Shown: positions 36,513-46,752 of the stretch, piece by piece
How positions within the stretch are numbered: the first letter of the stretch is position 1
Layout: each line of letters starts with the position of its first letter
Assembly: GCA_903842445.1 (NCBI GenBank)
Contig: CAIMLT010000003.1
Coordinates: forward strand, 5,696 to 69,695
Length of the DNA stretch: 64,000 nucleotides
Source of the DNA: an uncultured bacterium
GTDB taxonomy: Bacteria > Patescibacteriota > Minisyncoccia > Moranbacterales > UBA2206
Direction: 5' to 3'
Made by a program: the position numbers and the translations under genes
Notes under the pieces: generated by a model
What the model was told of the DNA's origin: nothing
Database searches by the model: none
Seen by the model: the letters and a program-made list of their open reading frames with translations, nothing else

Positions 36513-36863
36513 TTAAAATTTTAACCCGCCCTCTCTGGCACCATCAGCCAAAGCCTTAACTTTTCCATGATACCTGTATCCTGCTCGATCAAAAACAACT
36601 TGAGTAATTTTTTGCTCAGCACATTTCTTGGCAATAAGCATCCCTACGGCTTTTGCGCCGACCACGTCGTTTCTCGCTTTTACTGCTTTCGTATCTGCCG
36701 CCACAAGCGTCTTACCAAGAACATCATCTATTACCTGAGCTTTTATAGAAAGTAGGCTACGAAAAACATTAAGTCTCGGCATACTAGCTGACCCAGAAAT
36801 TTTGGCACGCACGCGTTTTTTTCGATGTAATCTTAATCTATTTTGGCTAATTTTATTCATCAT
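36513..36863 (-). CDS. rplR: 50S ribosomal protein L18
   Basis: PRLNVFRS, VVFDRAGYRYHGKVKALAD.ARE.GL.F. Confidence 0.97.
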   Translation of the reverse strand: MMNKISQNRLRLHRKKRVRAKISGSASMPRLNVFRSLLSIKAQVIDDVLGKTLVAADTKAVKARNDVVGAKAVGMLIAKKCAEQKITQVVFDRAGYRYHGKVKALADGAREGGLKF

Positions 36864-36881
36864 CTTAATAAAAAATATTAC

Positions 36882-37427
36882 TTATTTGGTTGAGCTGGCT
36901 TTCTTTCCAGCTTTTCTTCTCACTTTCTCTCCGGCATAACGAAAACCCTTTCCCTTGTATGGCTCAACTTTTTTGAGATCTTTGATATTAGCTGCAAATT
37001 GTCCAACAGCTTGCTTGTCGATACCGCTTATAAGAAGTCCGTTGTTATCCTCCAATTTTGCTAAAATCCCATCAGGAATTTCCACTTCAACCGGATGAGA
37101 AAATCCAAGAGCCATCACAATTTTTTTACCGGCAATGCTCATGCGAAAACCAACACCTTGAAGTTCCAGCTTCTTCTCATATCCAACACTCACTCCAATA
37201 ATAATATTATTCACGAGTGATCGAGTTAATCCCCAGATCGCATTAGAACCTCCGTCTTCTTTGGATTTTTTGACAACTATGGTTCCTTCAGAAATTTCCA
37301 CTTTTGCTTCCGGATGAATATTTAAATTAAGCTCGCCTTTTGGCCCCTTAGCTTTCAATATATCACCTTCGAGAGTTACCGTTACTCCACTTGGAATGAT
37401 TATTAATTTTTTGCCTATTTTACTCAT
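36882..37427 (-). CDS. rplF: 50S ribosomal protein L6
   Basis: MSKIGK, KGPKG, LGFSHPV, EPYKGKG. Confidence 0.97.
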   Translation of the reverse strand: MSKIGKKLIIIPSGVTVTLEGDILKAKGPKGELNLNIHPEAKVEISEGTIVVKKSKEDGGSNAIWGLTRSLVNNIIIGVSVGYEKKLELQGVGFRMSIAGKKIVMALGFSHPVEVEIPDGILAKLEDNNGLLISGIDKQAVGQFAANIKDLKKVEPYKGKGFRYAGEKVRRKAGKKASSTK

Positions 37428-37454
37428 AAAATTGATCCGCTTTTTTAATAAAAA

Positions 37455-37859
37455 TTACCAAACTTCACAAATATATTCTCCGCCGAGTCCTGTTTTTTTT
37501 GCGTCATAATCAGTCATCACTCCTCTAGAAGTTGAAATCAGAGCTACCCCGTAATTATTTTTAACACTTCTAACATCCTTACTTTTAACATAAATCCTTT
37601 GCCCTTCCTTGCTGATTCTTCTGATACCTTTTATCGCTGGAATCTTATTTGTATTGGAAATGATATAATATTTCAAAGCGATTTTTATCACATCAAAATT
37701 ATTCTGTTTATCTTTTGCAACAACATCAACGAAACCTTCTTTTTCCAGAATTTTAGCCAAAGCCATTTTCAATTTAGAAGCGCTAATTATAACAGTTTTG
37801 TGTCCTGCCATCTGAGCATTTCTAATTTTGGTTAACATTTCTGAGATTGGATCTAACAT
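37455..37859 (-). CDS. rpsH: 30S ribosomal protein S8
   Basis: DPISEMLTKIRNA, STSRGVMT, GGEYICEVW. Confidence 0.97.
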   Translation of the reverse strand: MLDPISEMLTKIRNAQMAGHKTVIISASKLKMALAKILEKEGFVDVVAKDKQNNFDVIKIALKYYIISNTNKIPAIKGIRRISKEGQRIYVKSKDVRSVKNNYGVALISTSRGVMTDYDAKKTGLGGEYICEVW

Positions 37860-37929
37860 ACTCTTTAAAATTCAAAATTTAAAATCAATATCAAACTTTC
37901 TAACTATATTATTTAAGCTGACAAAAAAA

Positions 37930-38115
37930 CTACCAACTTGATCTTTTTACACCAGGCAGTTGTCCAGTGCTTGCAAGCTCTCGAAAACAAATTCGGCAAA
38001 TGTCAAACTTGCGCATATATCCATGCTTTCTTCCACACTTCCAGCAACGTCTCACAATTCGAGTGGAAAACTTTGGTTTCTTTTTTGCTCTAACTTCAAC
38101 TGATAATTTGGCCAT
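37930..38115 (-). CDS. rpsN: 30S ribosomal protein S14 type Z
   Basis: [22 protein letters not shown]. Confidence 0.97.
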   Translation of the reverse strand: MAKLSVEVRAKKKPKFSTRIVRRCWKCGRKHGYMRKFDICRICFRELASTGQLPGVKRSSW

Positions 38116-38147
38116 TTTGCTCTATTTAATGCTTATTATATTTAAAA

Positions 38148-38696
38148 CTACTTATCCCGCTTTTCAATCGGGAATCCAAGGAGCCGAAATAACATCATTC
38201 CTTTTTCCTGAGTTCTGGCATTTGTTACAATATTCACTTGCATTCCAAACGTTGTCTTAACTTGCTCTGGCGAAATCTCCGGGAAAATAAGGTGCTCTTT
38301 GATTCCAAGATTGAGATTTCCGCTTTTATCCACTGCGCCAACCTTGATTCCATGAAAATCCCTAATACGCGGAATAGACGCACCAACTAATTTTTCCAAA
38401 AAATCCCACTTTCTTTTTCCGCGCAATGTTACCTTAATTCCGATCTCCAATCCTTCTCGCGTCTTAAAGCCCGCAATTGATTGTTTGGCTCTTGTCATCA
38501 CAGGTTTTTGTCCAGAAATGCTTTTAAGTGAATTAAAAATATCAGCAACAAGCGCGGAATCCTTAATGAATTTTCCAATTCCAATGTTTATAACAACTTT
38601 CTCAATTTTTGGCACTTGTAAAACATTGCTCAAATTCAAGCTTTTCTTCATCTCCACAGCAACTTCAGTCTTATATTTTTCGTAAATTGTTGACAT
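38148..38696 (-). CDS. rplE: 50S ribosomal protein L5
   Basis: PKIEKVVINIG, GQKP, KVTLRG, PRIRDF. Confidence 0.97.
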   Translation of the reverse strand: MSTIYEKYKTEVAVEMKKSLNLSNVLQVPKIEKVVINIGIGKFIKDSALVADIFNSLKSISGQKPVMTRAKQSIAGFKTREGLEIGIKVTLRGKRKWDFLEKLVGASIPRIRDFHGIKVGAVDKSGNLNLGIKEHLIFPEISPEQVKTTFGMQVNIVTNARTQEKGMMLFRLLGFPIEKRDK

Positions 38697-38722
38697 ACTC
38701 GTCTTTTTAATTAACCTCTAAA

Positions 38723-39028
38723 TTAGATCTCCGTCTTGCATTTCTTGCACACTCGAATTTTTTTCTCACCTTCATTTTTATATCCGATTCTGGCTGACTT
38801 TCCACATTTAGGACAAACCACCATAACATTAGAAATATCAATCTTTCTCGGAATTTCCACCCGTTGTCCTTTTTCACCTTCTTTTTTTGGTTTATTGTGT
38901 TTTTTGAGCAGATTAAGACCTTCTATGACAACTTTCTTCTCAGTCGGATAAACACGCAAAACCTTTCCAGTTTTCCCGCTATCTTTTCCGGCAAGCATTT
39001 TAACCAAATCGTTTTTCTTAATTTTCAT
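38723..39028 (-). CDS. rplX: 50S ribosomal protein L24
   Basis: MKIKKND.V..AGKD.GKTGKV, SNV. Confidence 0.96.
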   Translation of the reverse strand: MKIKKNDLVKMLAGKDSGKTGKVLRVYPTEKKVVIEGLNLLKKHNKPKKEGEKGQRVEIPRKIDISNVMVVCPKCGKSARIGYKNEGEKKIRVCKKCKTEI

Positions 39029-39064
39029 ATATTTATAATTGTTCACTCTTATTCAATTTCTTAT

Positions 39065-39430
39065 TTACAAAACTTCCGGAGCAAGAGAGGCAATCTTGGC
39101 ATAGCCACGATCGCGAATCTCTCTAGCAATCGGTCCAAAGATTCTGGTTCCCTTTGGCTCCTTAGCTTCAACAATTACAGCAGCGTTTTCATCAAACCGA
39201 ATGTAGGAACCATCTTTTCGACGAAATTCTTTTCTTTGACGAACAATTACAGCTCTCACCTTATCCCCTTTCTTCACCATTCCTCTCGGTTCGGCTGATT
39301 TCACGCTCGCAACAATAACATCTCCAATACGAGCAAAGCGTCTCTTACTTCCACCAAGCACCTTGAAGCATTTAATGACTTTTGCACCACTGTTGTCAGC
39401 TACATTTAATTTTGATTCTGCCTGTATCAT
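39065..39430 (-). CDS. rplN: 50S ribosomal protein L14
   Basis: [31 protein letters not shown]. Confidence 0.98.
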   Translation of the reverse strand: MIQAESKLNVADNSGAKVIKCFKVLGGSKRRFARIGDVIVASVKSAEPRGMVKKGDKVRAVIVRQRKEFRRKDGSYIRFDENAAVIVEAKEPKGTRIFGPIAREIRDRGYAKIASLAPEVL

Positions 39431-39434
39431 ATAT

Positions 39435-39686
39435 TTAAGCTACTCGATAATTTTTATCCTTACTCATTGGTTTGCAGGGAATTATTTCAACGATATCGCC
39501 GATCTTATATTTGTTTTCTTCATCATGCGCCTTATATTTTTTAGTTGAGCGATATTTTTTTTTGTATTTTGGATGAGTCTTAAGCGTTTCCACCGCAATC
39601 ACAATTGTCTTATCCATTTTATCGGAAATAACAACCCCCTTTTTGCGAGTAATGATCTTATTTTTCTCCACTTGTTGGCTATCCAT
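39435..39686 (-). CDS. rpsQ: 30S ribosomal protein S17
   Basis: [23 protein letters not shown]. Confidence 0.97.
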   Translation of the reverse strand: MDSQQVEKNKIITRKKGVVISDKMDKTIVIAVETLKTHPKYKKKYRSTKKYKAHDEENKYKIGDIVEIIPCKPMSKDKNYRVA

Positions 39687-39696
39687 AAAATTATCT

Positions 39697-39894
39697 TTAA
39701 GCTTGATTTAAACTCTCTTTTCGAATTAGCGTCATTATTCTTGCAATGTCGCGTTTTTCTCCTCTGATTTGTCTTGTCCCTTTAACTTGCTTGGTTGCCA
39801 ATTCAAATCTAAATTTGCGAACATTTTCTTCTTTTTCAGCAAGAAGCTTCTTGAGCTCAATGGTATTCTTTTCTTTCAATTCCTTAATTTTCAT
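39697..39894 (-). CDS. rpmC: 50S ribosomal protein L29
   Basis: MKIKEL.., RDIARIMT; canonical position. Confidence 0.93.
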   Translation of the reverse strand: MKIKELKEKNTIELKKLLAEKEENVRKFRFELATKQVKGTRQIRGEKRDIARIMTLIRKESLNQA

Positions 39895-39904
39895 AACAAT
39901 TTTC

Positions 39905-40318
39905 TTATTCTTCTTTAGTAACAAATTTAGTTTTCAAATTCAATTTATGAGCAGCTAGCCTCATCGCCTCTTTGGCAATTTCTATCTTTACTCCATCCAT
40001 CTCGAACATAACTGTTCCGGGCTTTACTACTGCAACAAAATGGTCAACCGCTCCTTTACCTTTACCCATCGGAGTTTCATCACCTTTTTTAGTCATCGGC
40101 TTATCAGGAAAAATTCTAATCCAAATCTTGCCTCCTCTTTGCACATATCTGGTCATCGCACGACGAGCAGCTTCAATTTGACGAGAAGAAACAAGACTAG
40201 CACTAACAGCCTTCAAGCCAAAACTGCCAAAACTGATTGAGTTTCCTCTCATTGCATTACCACGAATTGCTCCGCCTCTCTGCACCTTTCTATGTTTTAC
40301 TTTCTTTGGCATCAACAT
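39905..40318 (-). CDS. rplP: 50S ribosomal protein L16
   Basis: [32 protein letters not shown]. Confidence 0.98.
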   Translation of the reverse strand: MLMPKKVKHRKVQRGGAIRGNAMRGNSISFGSFGLKAVSASLVSSRQIEAARRAMTRYVQRGGKIWIRIFPDKPMTKKGDETPMGKGKGAVDHFVAVVKPGTVMFEMDGVKIEIAKEAMRLAAHKLNLKTKFVTKEE

Positions 40319-40332
40319 ACGCTTTTTCTAAT

Positions 40333-40992
40333 TTAATTCGTTTTTTTAGTATCAAAAACCTCTCCCTTATACAACCACGCCTTGACTCCAATTGCTCCAT
40401 AAGTTGTGAACGCTGTCGCTCTGGCAAAATCAATATTAGCGCGCAATGTATGTAGCGGCAATGTTCCTTTTGACAACCATTCTCTGCGAGACATTTCTGC
40501 GCCACCCAATCTTCCGGACATCTCAATTTTCACGCCTTTGATTAAACTGTTTTTCATCGCTTGCTCCAGCATCATTTTCATAGCTCTCCGAAAGGGAATT
40601 CTTTTCTCTAATTGTTCAGCCACATTTTGAGCCACAATCATCGCGCTTTCTTCAAAATTTTTAATTTCTTGAATTTCAATTCGCAGATCCGCTTTTCTAT
40701 TACTTTTAAAAAAAGTATTTTGAATATAATGCTTGATATCTTCCACTCCGCTACCACCTCGTCCAATAAGAACTCCCGGGCGAGCAGTTTTTATGATAAT
40801 TTTTACAGCTGCCTGCGATCTTTCAATTTCGACTTCGGAGATAAAAGCAGTCTTCCATTTCTTCATCACATCCAAACGAATCTCAATATCTTGCTTGAGG
40901 TTTTTATTATAATCTTTTTTGCTAAACCATTTAGATTTCCAATCTTGGGTAATCCCTAGACGTAATCCAACTGGATTGACTTTATGTCCCAT
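40333..40992 (-). CDS. rpsC: 30S ribosomal protein S3
   Basis: MGHKVNPVGLRLG, SGRLGGAEM, PLHTLRA. Confidence 0.98.
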   Translation of the reverse strand: MGHKVNPVGLRLGITQDWKSKWFSKKDYNKNLKQDIEIRLDVMKKWKTAFISEVEIERSQAAVKIIIKTARPGVLIGRGGSGVEDIKHYIQNTFFKSNRKADLRIEIQEIKNFEESAMIVAQNVAEQLEKRIPFRRAMKMMLEQAMKNSLIKGVKIEMSGRLGGAEMSRREWLSKGTLPLHTLRANIDFARATAFTTYGAIGVKAWLYKGEVFDTKKTN

Positions 40993-41014
40993 AAATATTT
41001 ACGATTAATATAAT

Positions 41015-41590
41015 TTACATCGACTTCCTTCTGAATATCTTATTTTTCCAACTCTTTGGTTCTTCAGCAGTTTTCTTAGTCTTATCAGTGCTCTTTGTTT
41101 TAGTTTCGGATACTTTATCTGTCTTAGCCTCCTTAGCTTCATCTTTCTTCTCGTCTTTTCTTCTTTCTTCTTCTTTTTTTAATTCTTGAGTAGCTTTTTT
41201 AATTCTCTCTGCTTTTTCTTTTTCCATCTGCTCTTTGCTTTTACGATCTTTTCCCTCAACTCTTTCTTCTAAAATAATTCTAACTTTTGAAGTTCGCTTA
41301 AGGATTTGCCCGGCCCGTCCATAAGCTTTCGGCATCCATCTTTTCAAAGTTGGGCCTGCACCCACAACAGCCTCCAAAACATACAAATTATTCTTAGAAA
41401 GCCCAAAATTATTTTCCGCATTTGCAATCGCGCTAAGTAAAAGTTTTTGCATATAACCACTAGTCTTTTTGATTGCCACATCAAGTTGGGCAACCGCCTC
41501 CACTGCGTCCATATCCTTAATCAAATCAGCAACCAATTTTACTTTTCGCGGAGAGATTCTTAAATTGTTTAATTCTGCTATAACTTTCAT
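41015..41590 (-). CDS. rplV: 50S ribosomal protein L22 with charged C-terminal extension
   Basis: RISPRKV, SAIANA, GPTLKR..P.AYGRA; about 80-aa K/E-rich tail. Confidence 0.96.
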   Translation of the reverse strand: MKVIAELNNLRISPRKVKLVADLIKDMDAVEAVAQLDVAIKKTSGYMQKLLLSAIANAENNFGLSKNNLYVLEAVVGAGPTLKRWMPKAYGRAGQILKRTSKVRIILEERVEGKDRKSKEQMEKEKAERIKKATQELKKEEERRKDEKKDEAKEAKTDKVSETKTKSTDKTKKTAEEPKSWKNKIFRRKSM

Positions 41591-41602
41591 GTGATTTCTC
41601 TA

Positions 41603-41947
41603 TTATTTCTTCTTAGTCGTATCTGAGGCCTTAGCCGCCTTTGATGCATCCGCTTCTTTTTGCTTTGCGGCTGTTTCCATCTCCTTTTGCATCTTACCTC
41701 CATGTCGCGTAAACTTACGTGTCGGAGAAAATTCACCCAATCTATGTCCAACCATTTCTTCAGTTGGAGTAACGGAAATAAATATCTTTCCATTATAGAC
41801 ACCGAAAGTAAAACCAACCATTTCCGGAGAAATAACTGCAGCTCGAATCCAGGTTTTGATAACGCTTCTGTCTCCCGGTTTCTTATCCAGCACTTTTTTG
41901 ATTAATCTTTCGTCCACATACGGACCCTTTTTCAGACTTCGTGTCAT
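41603..41947 (-). CDS. rpsS: 30S ribosomal protein S19
   Basis: [20 protein letters not shown]; C-terminal extension. Confidence 0.97.
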   Translation of the reverse strand: MTRSLKKGPYVDERLIKKVLDKKPGDRSVIKTWIRAAVISPEMVGFTFGVYNGKIFISVTPTEEMVGHRLGEFSPTRKFTRHGGKMQKEMETAAKQKEADASKAAKASDTTKKK

Positions 41948-41950
41948 ATG

Positions 41951-42784
41951 TTATTTCCGCTTAACTCTTCTTTTAATTATAAACTTATTGCTATATTTCT
42001 TCTTTTTTCGAGTCTTCTTGCCAAGAGCCGGTTTTCCCCAAGGAGTTTTCGGATGCTTAAGTCCGATTCCTTGACGTCCTTCACCTCCTCCGTGTGGATG
42101 ATCAACTGGATTCATTGCAGATCCACGAACAGCTGGACGAATATTAAGCCAACGACTCTTACCTGCTTTTCCGAGATTTATTGAATTACTTTCAAAATTG
42201 CTTGCTTGTCCAATAGTGGCGTAACATTCATTGCTCACAAGCCTGATTTCACCAGAAGGTAACTTTATTTGTGCTGTTTTTTCATCCACGGCAGTTAAGC
42301 TGGCCGAGTTTCCAGCGCTTCTGACGATTTGTCCTCCACGACCGGGAAATAATTCTAAATTACAAATAGTTGTTCCCACTGGAATATTTTTAACCTTCGC
42401 GCGATTACCAAGCTTAACCGGAGCATTTTCGGCAGACATTACTTCTTGACCAGCTCGCATTCCTTCAGTCGCAAGAATATAGCGCTTCTCTCCATCGGCA
42501 TAATTTATAAGTGCAATAAAAGCTTTTCTGTTTGGATCTTTTTCAATCGCAACTACCCGTCCTGGAATTCCAAATTTATCTTGCAAAAAATCCACGATAC
42601 GATATCTTTGTTTATTACCGCCTCCCTGATGTCTCACCGATATTTTTCCATGCGATCGTCCAGCCAACTTTCCTTGCTTGGATAAAAGTTTTTTTTCCGG
42701 TTTTTTAGTTGAAATATAATCAACCTTAACAACCGACATATTTCGACGTCCAGCAGTATTTTTTTTGTAGATCTTGATTGCCAT
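41951..42784 (-). CDS. rplB: 50S ribosomal protein L2
   Basis: [30 protein letters not shown]. Confidence 0.98.
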   Translation of the reverse strand: MAIKIYKKNTAGRRNMSVVKVDYISTKKPEKKLLSKQGKLAGRSHGKISVRHQGGGNKQRYRIVDFLQDKFGIPGRVVAIEKDPNRKAFIALINYADGEKRYILATEGMRAGQEVMSAENAPVKLGNRAKVKNIPVGTTICNLELFPGRGGQIVRSAGNSASLTAVDEKTAQIKLPSGEIRLVSNECYATIGQASNFESNSINLGKAGKSRWLNIRPAVRGSAMNPVDHPHGGGEGRQGIGLKHPKTPWGKPALGKKTRKKKKYSNKFIIKRRVKRK

Positions 42785-42803
42785 ATAACAAGTTTAGACT
42801 AAA

Positions 42804-43118
42804 TTATTTCCCTTCAAAAACATCGATCTTATTTCCCTCCTTCAGGGTTACTATCGCTTTTCGATAACCAGGTTTCCAACCAGGAATTCTGCCTCGACTG
42901 CGAAATTTTTTAGGAATACTGACTGTATTAACCTTTTCCACTTTAACTTTATAAATCTTCTCGATTGCCATTTTAACTTGCAACTTAGTCGCGATAGAAG
43001 ATATTTTGAAGATATATTTATTCTGCTCAATCAGAACAGTCGCCGCTTCAGTTACAATCGGCTCAACGAGAACTCGTGAGAGAATATTTTCCTTATTTGG
43101 GTTTAAGTTATTTTCCAT
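42804..43118 (-). CDS. rplW: 50S ribosomal protein L23
   Basis: PIVTE, VKVEKVNT, KAIVTL. Confidence 0.96.
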   Translation of the reverse strand: MENNLNPNKENILSRVLVEPIVTEAATVLIEQNKYIFKISSIATKLQVKMAIEKIYKVKVEKVNTVSIPKKFRSRGRIPGWKPGYRKAIVTLKEGNKIDVFEGK

Positions 43119-43759
43119 TATTTTGATTCAGCTTGTTTATACTTGTCTTCTAGAAATACTATAGACTCTTTACTCATAAATAAATTCTTATTCCGTAACA
43201 TATCAAGAACATTGAGTTGTGCTGTAAGAATATTTTCCACCTTAGAAAGATTTCTACTCAATAAGCGCAAGTCTTTTTCCTCGTTAGAAAAAGCCAACAA
43301 AGTTTTGCCCCTAACCTTAAAGCTCCGAAACATCGCAGCCACTTGCTTGGTTTTCTTTTCTGTAAAATTAAGCTTATCAATCACAAATATTTCCTTGTCT
43401 TTGAGTTTACCACTCAGAACAGTTGCAATCGCTTTTTGGTTCATCTTTTTATTGATCTTTTGCTTGTAGTTTCTGTCATTATTTGGTCCGAAAACAACGC
43501 CTCCTTTTTTCCAAAGCGGAGTTCTTCTTGAACCAACACGAGCTCTACCGGTTCCTTTTTGCTTCCAAGGCTTAATTCCACTTCCAGCCCTTTCTCCTCT
43601 CGTCTTTGTATCTGCCAAAACTTGTCTCTTGTTAGCATCCATTGCTACTACAATCTGATGCACTAAATCATCATTTTTTGGCAAGCCAAAAACGGAATCG
43701 GAAATTTGCATTTCTTCTATTTCTTTTCCTTCCAGATTATAAACCTTAATTTTTGCCAT
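43118..43759 (-). CDS. rplD: 50S ribosomal protein L4
   Basis: TKTRGE, KPWKQKGTGRAR, GGVVFGP. Confidence 0.97.
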   Translation of the reverse strand: MAKIKVYNLEGKEIEEMQISDSVFGLPKNDDLVHQIVVAMDANKRQVLADTKTRGERAGSGIKPWKQKGTGRARVGSRRTPLWKKGGVVFGPNNDRNYKQKINKKMNQKAIATVLSGKLKDKEIFVIDKLNFTEKKTKQVAAMFRSFKVRGKTLLAFSNEEKDLRLLSRNLSKVENILTAQLNVLDMLRNKNLFMSKESIVFLEDKYKQAESK

Positions 43760-43769
43760 ACTTTTTAAA

Positions 43770-44324
43770 TTATAATGCCTTAACCTCAACTATTCCTCCG
43801 GGTATGCCTGGAATCGCTCCCTTAATCCCAAGAATATTTTTTGCAGTATCAATAAAAACAATCTTCAAATTTTTTGTCGTAATTCTATCTCCGCCCATTC
43901 TACCAGCCATTCTTTTTCCTTTCGTAACATGCTCCGGAAATCCGGAACCAATTGAACCGGGAGCGCGAAGGTCATGCTTATGTCCATGTGTTGCACAGCT
44001 CCCAGCAAATCCATGCCTCTTGACTACTCCCTGAAAGCCTTTTGCCTTACTAATTCCACTAACAATTACTTTTTCATTTAACTCAAAAATCGAAACATCA
44101 ACAGCATCATCTTTTTTGAGTTCGCTACCCTCAATACGAAACTCCTTTTTTTTGGATTTATTCTTAGTTTTGGCGATTTCCATCTGAATCGCAGAATATC
44201 CATCCTTTATCTTTTCCTTGACCAGAGAAACTTTTGAAGAACACTCAAGAAGCGTTACATTTAATGCACCTCTTTCGTCATAGATAGTTGTCATTCCAAT
44301 TTTTTTTCCCAAAATAAATTTCAT
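43770..44324 (-). CDS. rplC: 50S ribosomal protein L3
   Basis: GKKIGMT, KGFQGVVKRH, PGSIG, KGKRMAGRMG, KGAIPG. Confidence 0.97.
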   Translation of the reverse strand: MKFILGKKIGMTTIYDERGALNVTLLECSSKVSLVKEKIKDGYSAIQMEIAKTKNKSKKKEFRIEGSELKKDDAVDVSIFELNEKVIVSGISKAKGFQGVVKRHGFAGSCATHGHKHDLRAPGSIGSGFPEHVTKGKRMAGRMGGDRITTKNLKIVFIDTAKNILGIKGAIPGIPGGIVEVKAL

Positions 44325-44349
44325 GGCTTTTTTTGCTAATAATCTGCTA

Positions 44350-44456
44350 AATAAAATAAAAAACGGCCACTACCAGCCGAGACTCTTGCGAGTTAAGAAA
44401 TTTCTTTCTTAGCTAGATCAGTATCCTTGTCGACGCATCTTCAGTCGCTTGGACTT
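44350..44456 (-). promoter_or_regulatory. Putative structured RNA or attenuator between rpsJ and rplC
   Basis: Consecutive stems UAAGAAA-GAAA-UUUCUUA and ACUC-GCAA-GAGU, then CGGC...GCCG followed by U6. Confidence 0.45.
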
Positions 44457-44474
44457 TAACTAGATTCTTTTTAA

Positions 44475-44801
44475 CTACATTTTAATTTCAATATCCACTC
44501 CTGCTGGCAAATCCAGATTTGTCAAACTATCAATCGTTTTTGGTGTCGGACTCATAATATCAATGAGGCGCTTATGAATTCTCATCTCGTATTGATCGCG
44601 CGCATCCTTGTGCACGAATGTGGATTTATTAACCGTAAACTTGCGAATTTCAGTAGGCAATGGAACTGGCCCAACAATGCTAGCCCCCGATCTTTCAGCT
44701 GTTTCCACAATTTGACGGGCTGACTGATCAATAATTTTATGATCATAAGCCTTAATCTTAATCCTAATTCTTGTTTTTACCTCTTCTTCGTTCTTTGACA
44801 T
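44475..44801 (-). CDS. rpsJ: 30S ribosomal protein S10
   Basis: [31 protein letters not shown]. Confidence 0.98.
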   Translation of the reverse strand: MSKNEEEVKTRIRIKIKAYDHKIIDQSARQIVETAERSGASIVGPVPLPTEIRKFTVNKSTFVHKDARDQYEMRIHKRLIDIMSPTPKTIDSLTNLDLPAGVDIEIKM

Positions 44802-44957
44802 CAATTTATTCGAATTTTTAAATAATTTCCTCTATAATCCAGCGCTACTACTTACAATAAAACAGCTTAGCACAAAACATTTTAACCGTCAAATTTTATG
44901 CAATTTCTTTTTTATTTAAGATAGCGCTAGACAAAGAAAAAACTTGTCTTAAAAAAA

Positions 44958-46151
44958 CTACTTGATAATCTTAGTTGCGACACCCGCACCAACTGTGCGT
45001 CCACCTTCACGAATTGCAAAGCGCATTCCTTCTTCCATCGCTACTGGGGCACCCAAAACAACCTTGAAGCTGATTGTATCTCCAGGCATCACCATTTCAG
45101 TTCCCTCAGGAAGCATGACTTCTCCGGTAACATCGGTTGTTCTAACATAGAATTGCGGTTTATAGCCTTTAAAAAATGGCGTGTGTCGACCACCTTCTTC
45201 TTTTGTGAGAATATACACCTCACATTCAAATTCAGTATGAGGAGTGATTGAGCCAGGTTTCGCTAAAACTTGACCTCTTTCTACATCTTCTTTTTTGATT
45301 CCGCGGATGAGAAGACCGGCATTGTCTCCACTTTCTCCTCTATCAAGAGTTTTGTTAAACATTTCAATTCCAGTTACTACTGTTTTTTGAGTTGGACGAA
45401 GACCAACGATTTCAACTTCTTCATTAATATTAATCACACCTCTCTCAATCCTACCAGTCACCACCGTTCCGCGACCTTCAATTGTGAAGATATCTTCAAT
45501 TGGCAACAAGAATGGCTTGTCAACTTCGCGAACCGGATCAGGAATTTTTGCATCAAGAGCAGCAATTAGATCAATAATTGGTTTTACTGCCTCATCTTCG
45601 ATTGATTTTGATTCTAAGCCCTTTAATGCTGAGCCTCTGATGATTTTTGCGTTTTCACCATCAAACTCATACTTAGTCAAAAGTTCGCGAACTTCTGCCT
45701 CAACGAGATCAATCAACTCGGGATCGTCCACCATATCAACCTTGTTAAGAAAAACAACAATCTCTGGCACATTAACATATTTTGCCAACAGAATGTGTTC
45801 GCGTGTTTGAGGCATAGGCCCATCAGTCGCAGCTACAACCAAAATAGCTCCGTCCATTTGAGCAGCACCAGTAATCATATTTTTAATATAATCGGCATGC
45901 CCCGGACAATCCACGTGAGCATAATGTCTTTTTTCAGATTCATATTCACAGTGAGCGGTAGCAATAGTTATTCCACGCTCTCTCTCTTCTGGAGCTTTAT
46001 CAATTTCGTCAATACCTTTTTCCTTGGCTTGCCCAAGAAAACTGAGCACATGAAGAATTGCAGCCGTTAATGTTGTTTTTCCATGGTCAACATGACCAAT
46101 GGTTCCGACATTAACATGAGGCTTAGTTCTTGTAAATTTTTCTGCTGCCAT
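44958..46151 (-). CDS. tuf: Elongation factor Tu
   Basis: [31 protein letters not shown]. Confidence 0.99.
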   Translation of the reverse strand: MAAEKFTRTKPHVNVGTIGHVDHGKTTLTAAILHVLSFLGQAKEKGIDEIDKAPEERERGITIATAHCEYESEKRHYAHVDCPGHADYIKNMITGAAQMDGAILVVAATDGPMPQTREHILLAKYVNVPEIVVFLNKVDMVDDPELIDLVEAEVRELLTKYEFDGENAKIIRGSALKGLESKSIEDEAVKPIIDLIAALDAKIPDPVREVDKPFLLPIEDIFTIEGRGTVVTGRIERGVININEEVEIVGLRPTQKTVVTGIEMFNKTLDRGESGDNAGLLIRGIKKEDVERGQVLAKPGSITPHTEFECEVYILTKEEGGRHTPFFKGYKPQFYVRTTDVTGEVMLPEGTEMVMPGDTISFKVVLGAPVAMEEGMRFAIREGGRTVGAGVATKIIK

Positions 46152-46333
46152 ATGTTTTACAACTCATACGCCAGATGTTTTGAGACTTCTTCTTTTGGAA
46201 AAAAAATTAATCCCGCAACAACTTTGCGATTTTTTGTTATTATTAAACTTAATTAGATTTTAACACAAATACTACTTTACCCTAAAAAAATATTCTTAGC
46301 AAATAAAAATTGTGCCCATACTGTGGATAACCT

Positions 46334-46618
46334 CTACATCAAAGGCATACTTTCATAATGCACTTCGTCATTTTTAATCTCACCCAAAGTCTCAAGTTCA
46401 ATCTCAGCTAACTTGTCTTCTTCTTGAGAAAACTTCCAACTAACTATATCATTATTTATCTTATCAACCAATTCTTGCTTTGTCAAACCGGAAACTCCCT
46501 CTTGTTTAATCTTGCGAAATTCGCGGAGTGTGAGAAGAATATAGTGCTCATCCTGATCATTAATGACTGCCCTTCCGCCTAAGAGCTCCAAAGCTTCTTT
46601 GAGTTTCTTGTCTAGCAT
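46334..46618 (-). CDS. Hypothetical acidic protein between fusA and tuf
   Basis: 94-aa ORF filling the gap, co-oriented; LTKQELVDKINNDI.W. Confidence 0.65.
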   Translation of the reverse strand: MLDKKLKEALELLGGRAVINDQDEHYILLTLREFRKIKQEGVSGLTKQELVDKINNDIVSWKFSQEEDKLAEIELETLGEIKNDEVHYESMPLM

Positions 46619-46752
46619 AAAAAGTCAACTACTTTATTATTTCAACATTAAAATCTTACCGCAGATATTATTTTATGTCAATAGCTTTTTAATTTCAAAA
46701 CAACCCCGAGAAAATCCCAAGGTTGCTTTTGAAGGTCTAAAAAAGTCTTATC

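Noticed and set aside
46322-46330. Perfect DnaA box TGTGGATAA upstream of tuf as a possible origin
   Set aside because: Single box, no cluster, no dnaA nearby and no switch in gene orientation.
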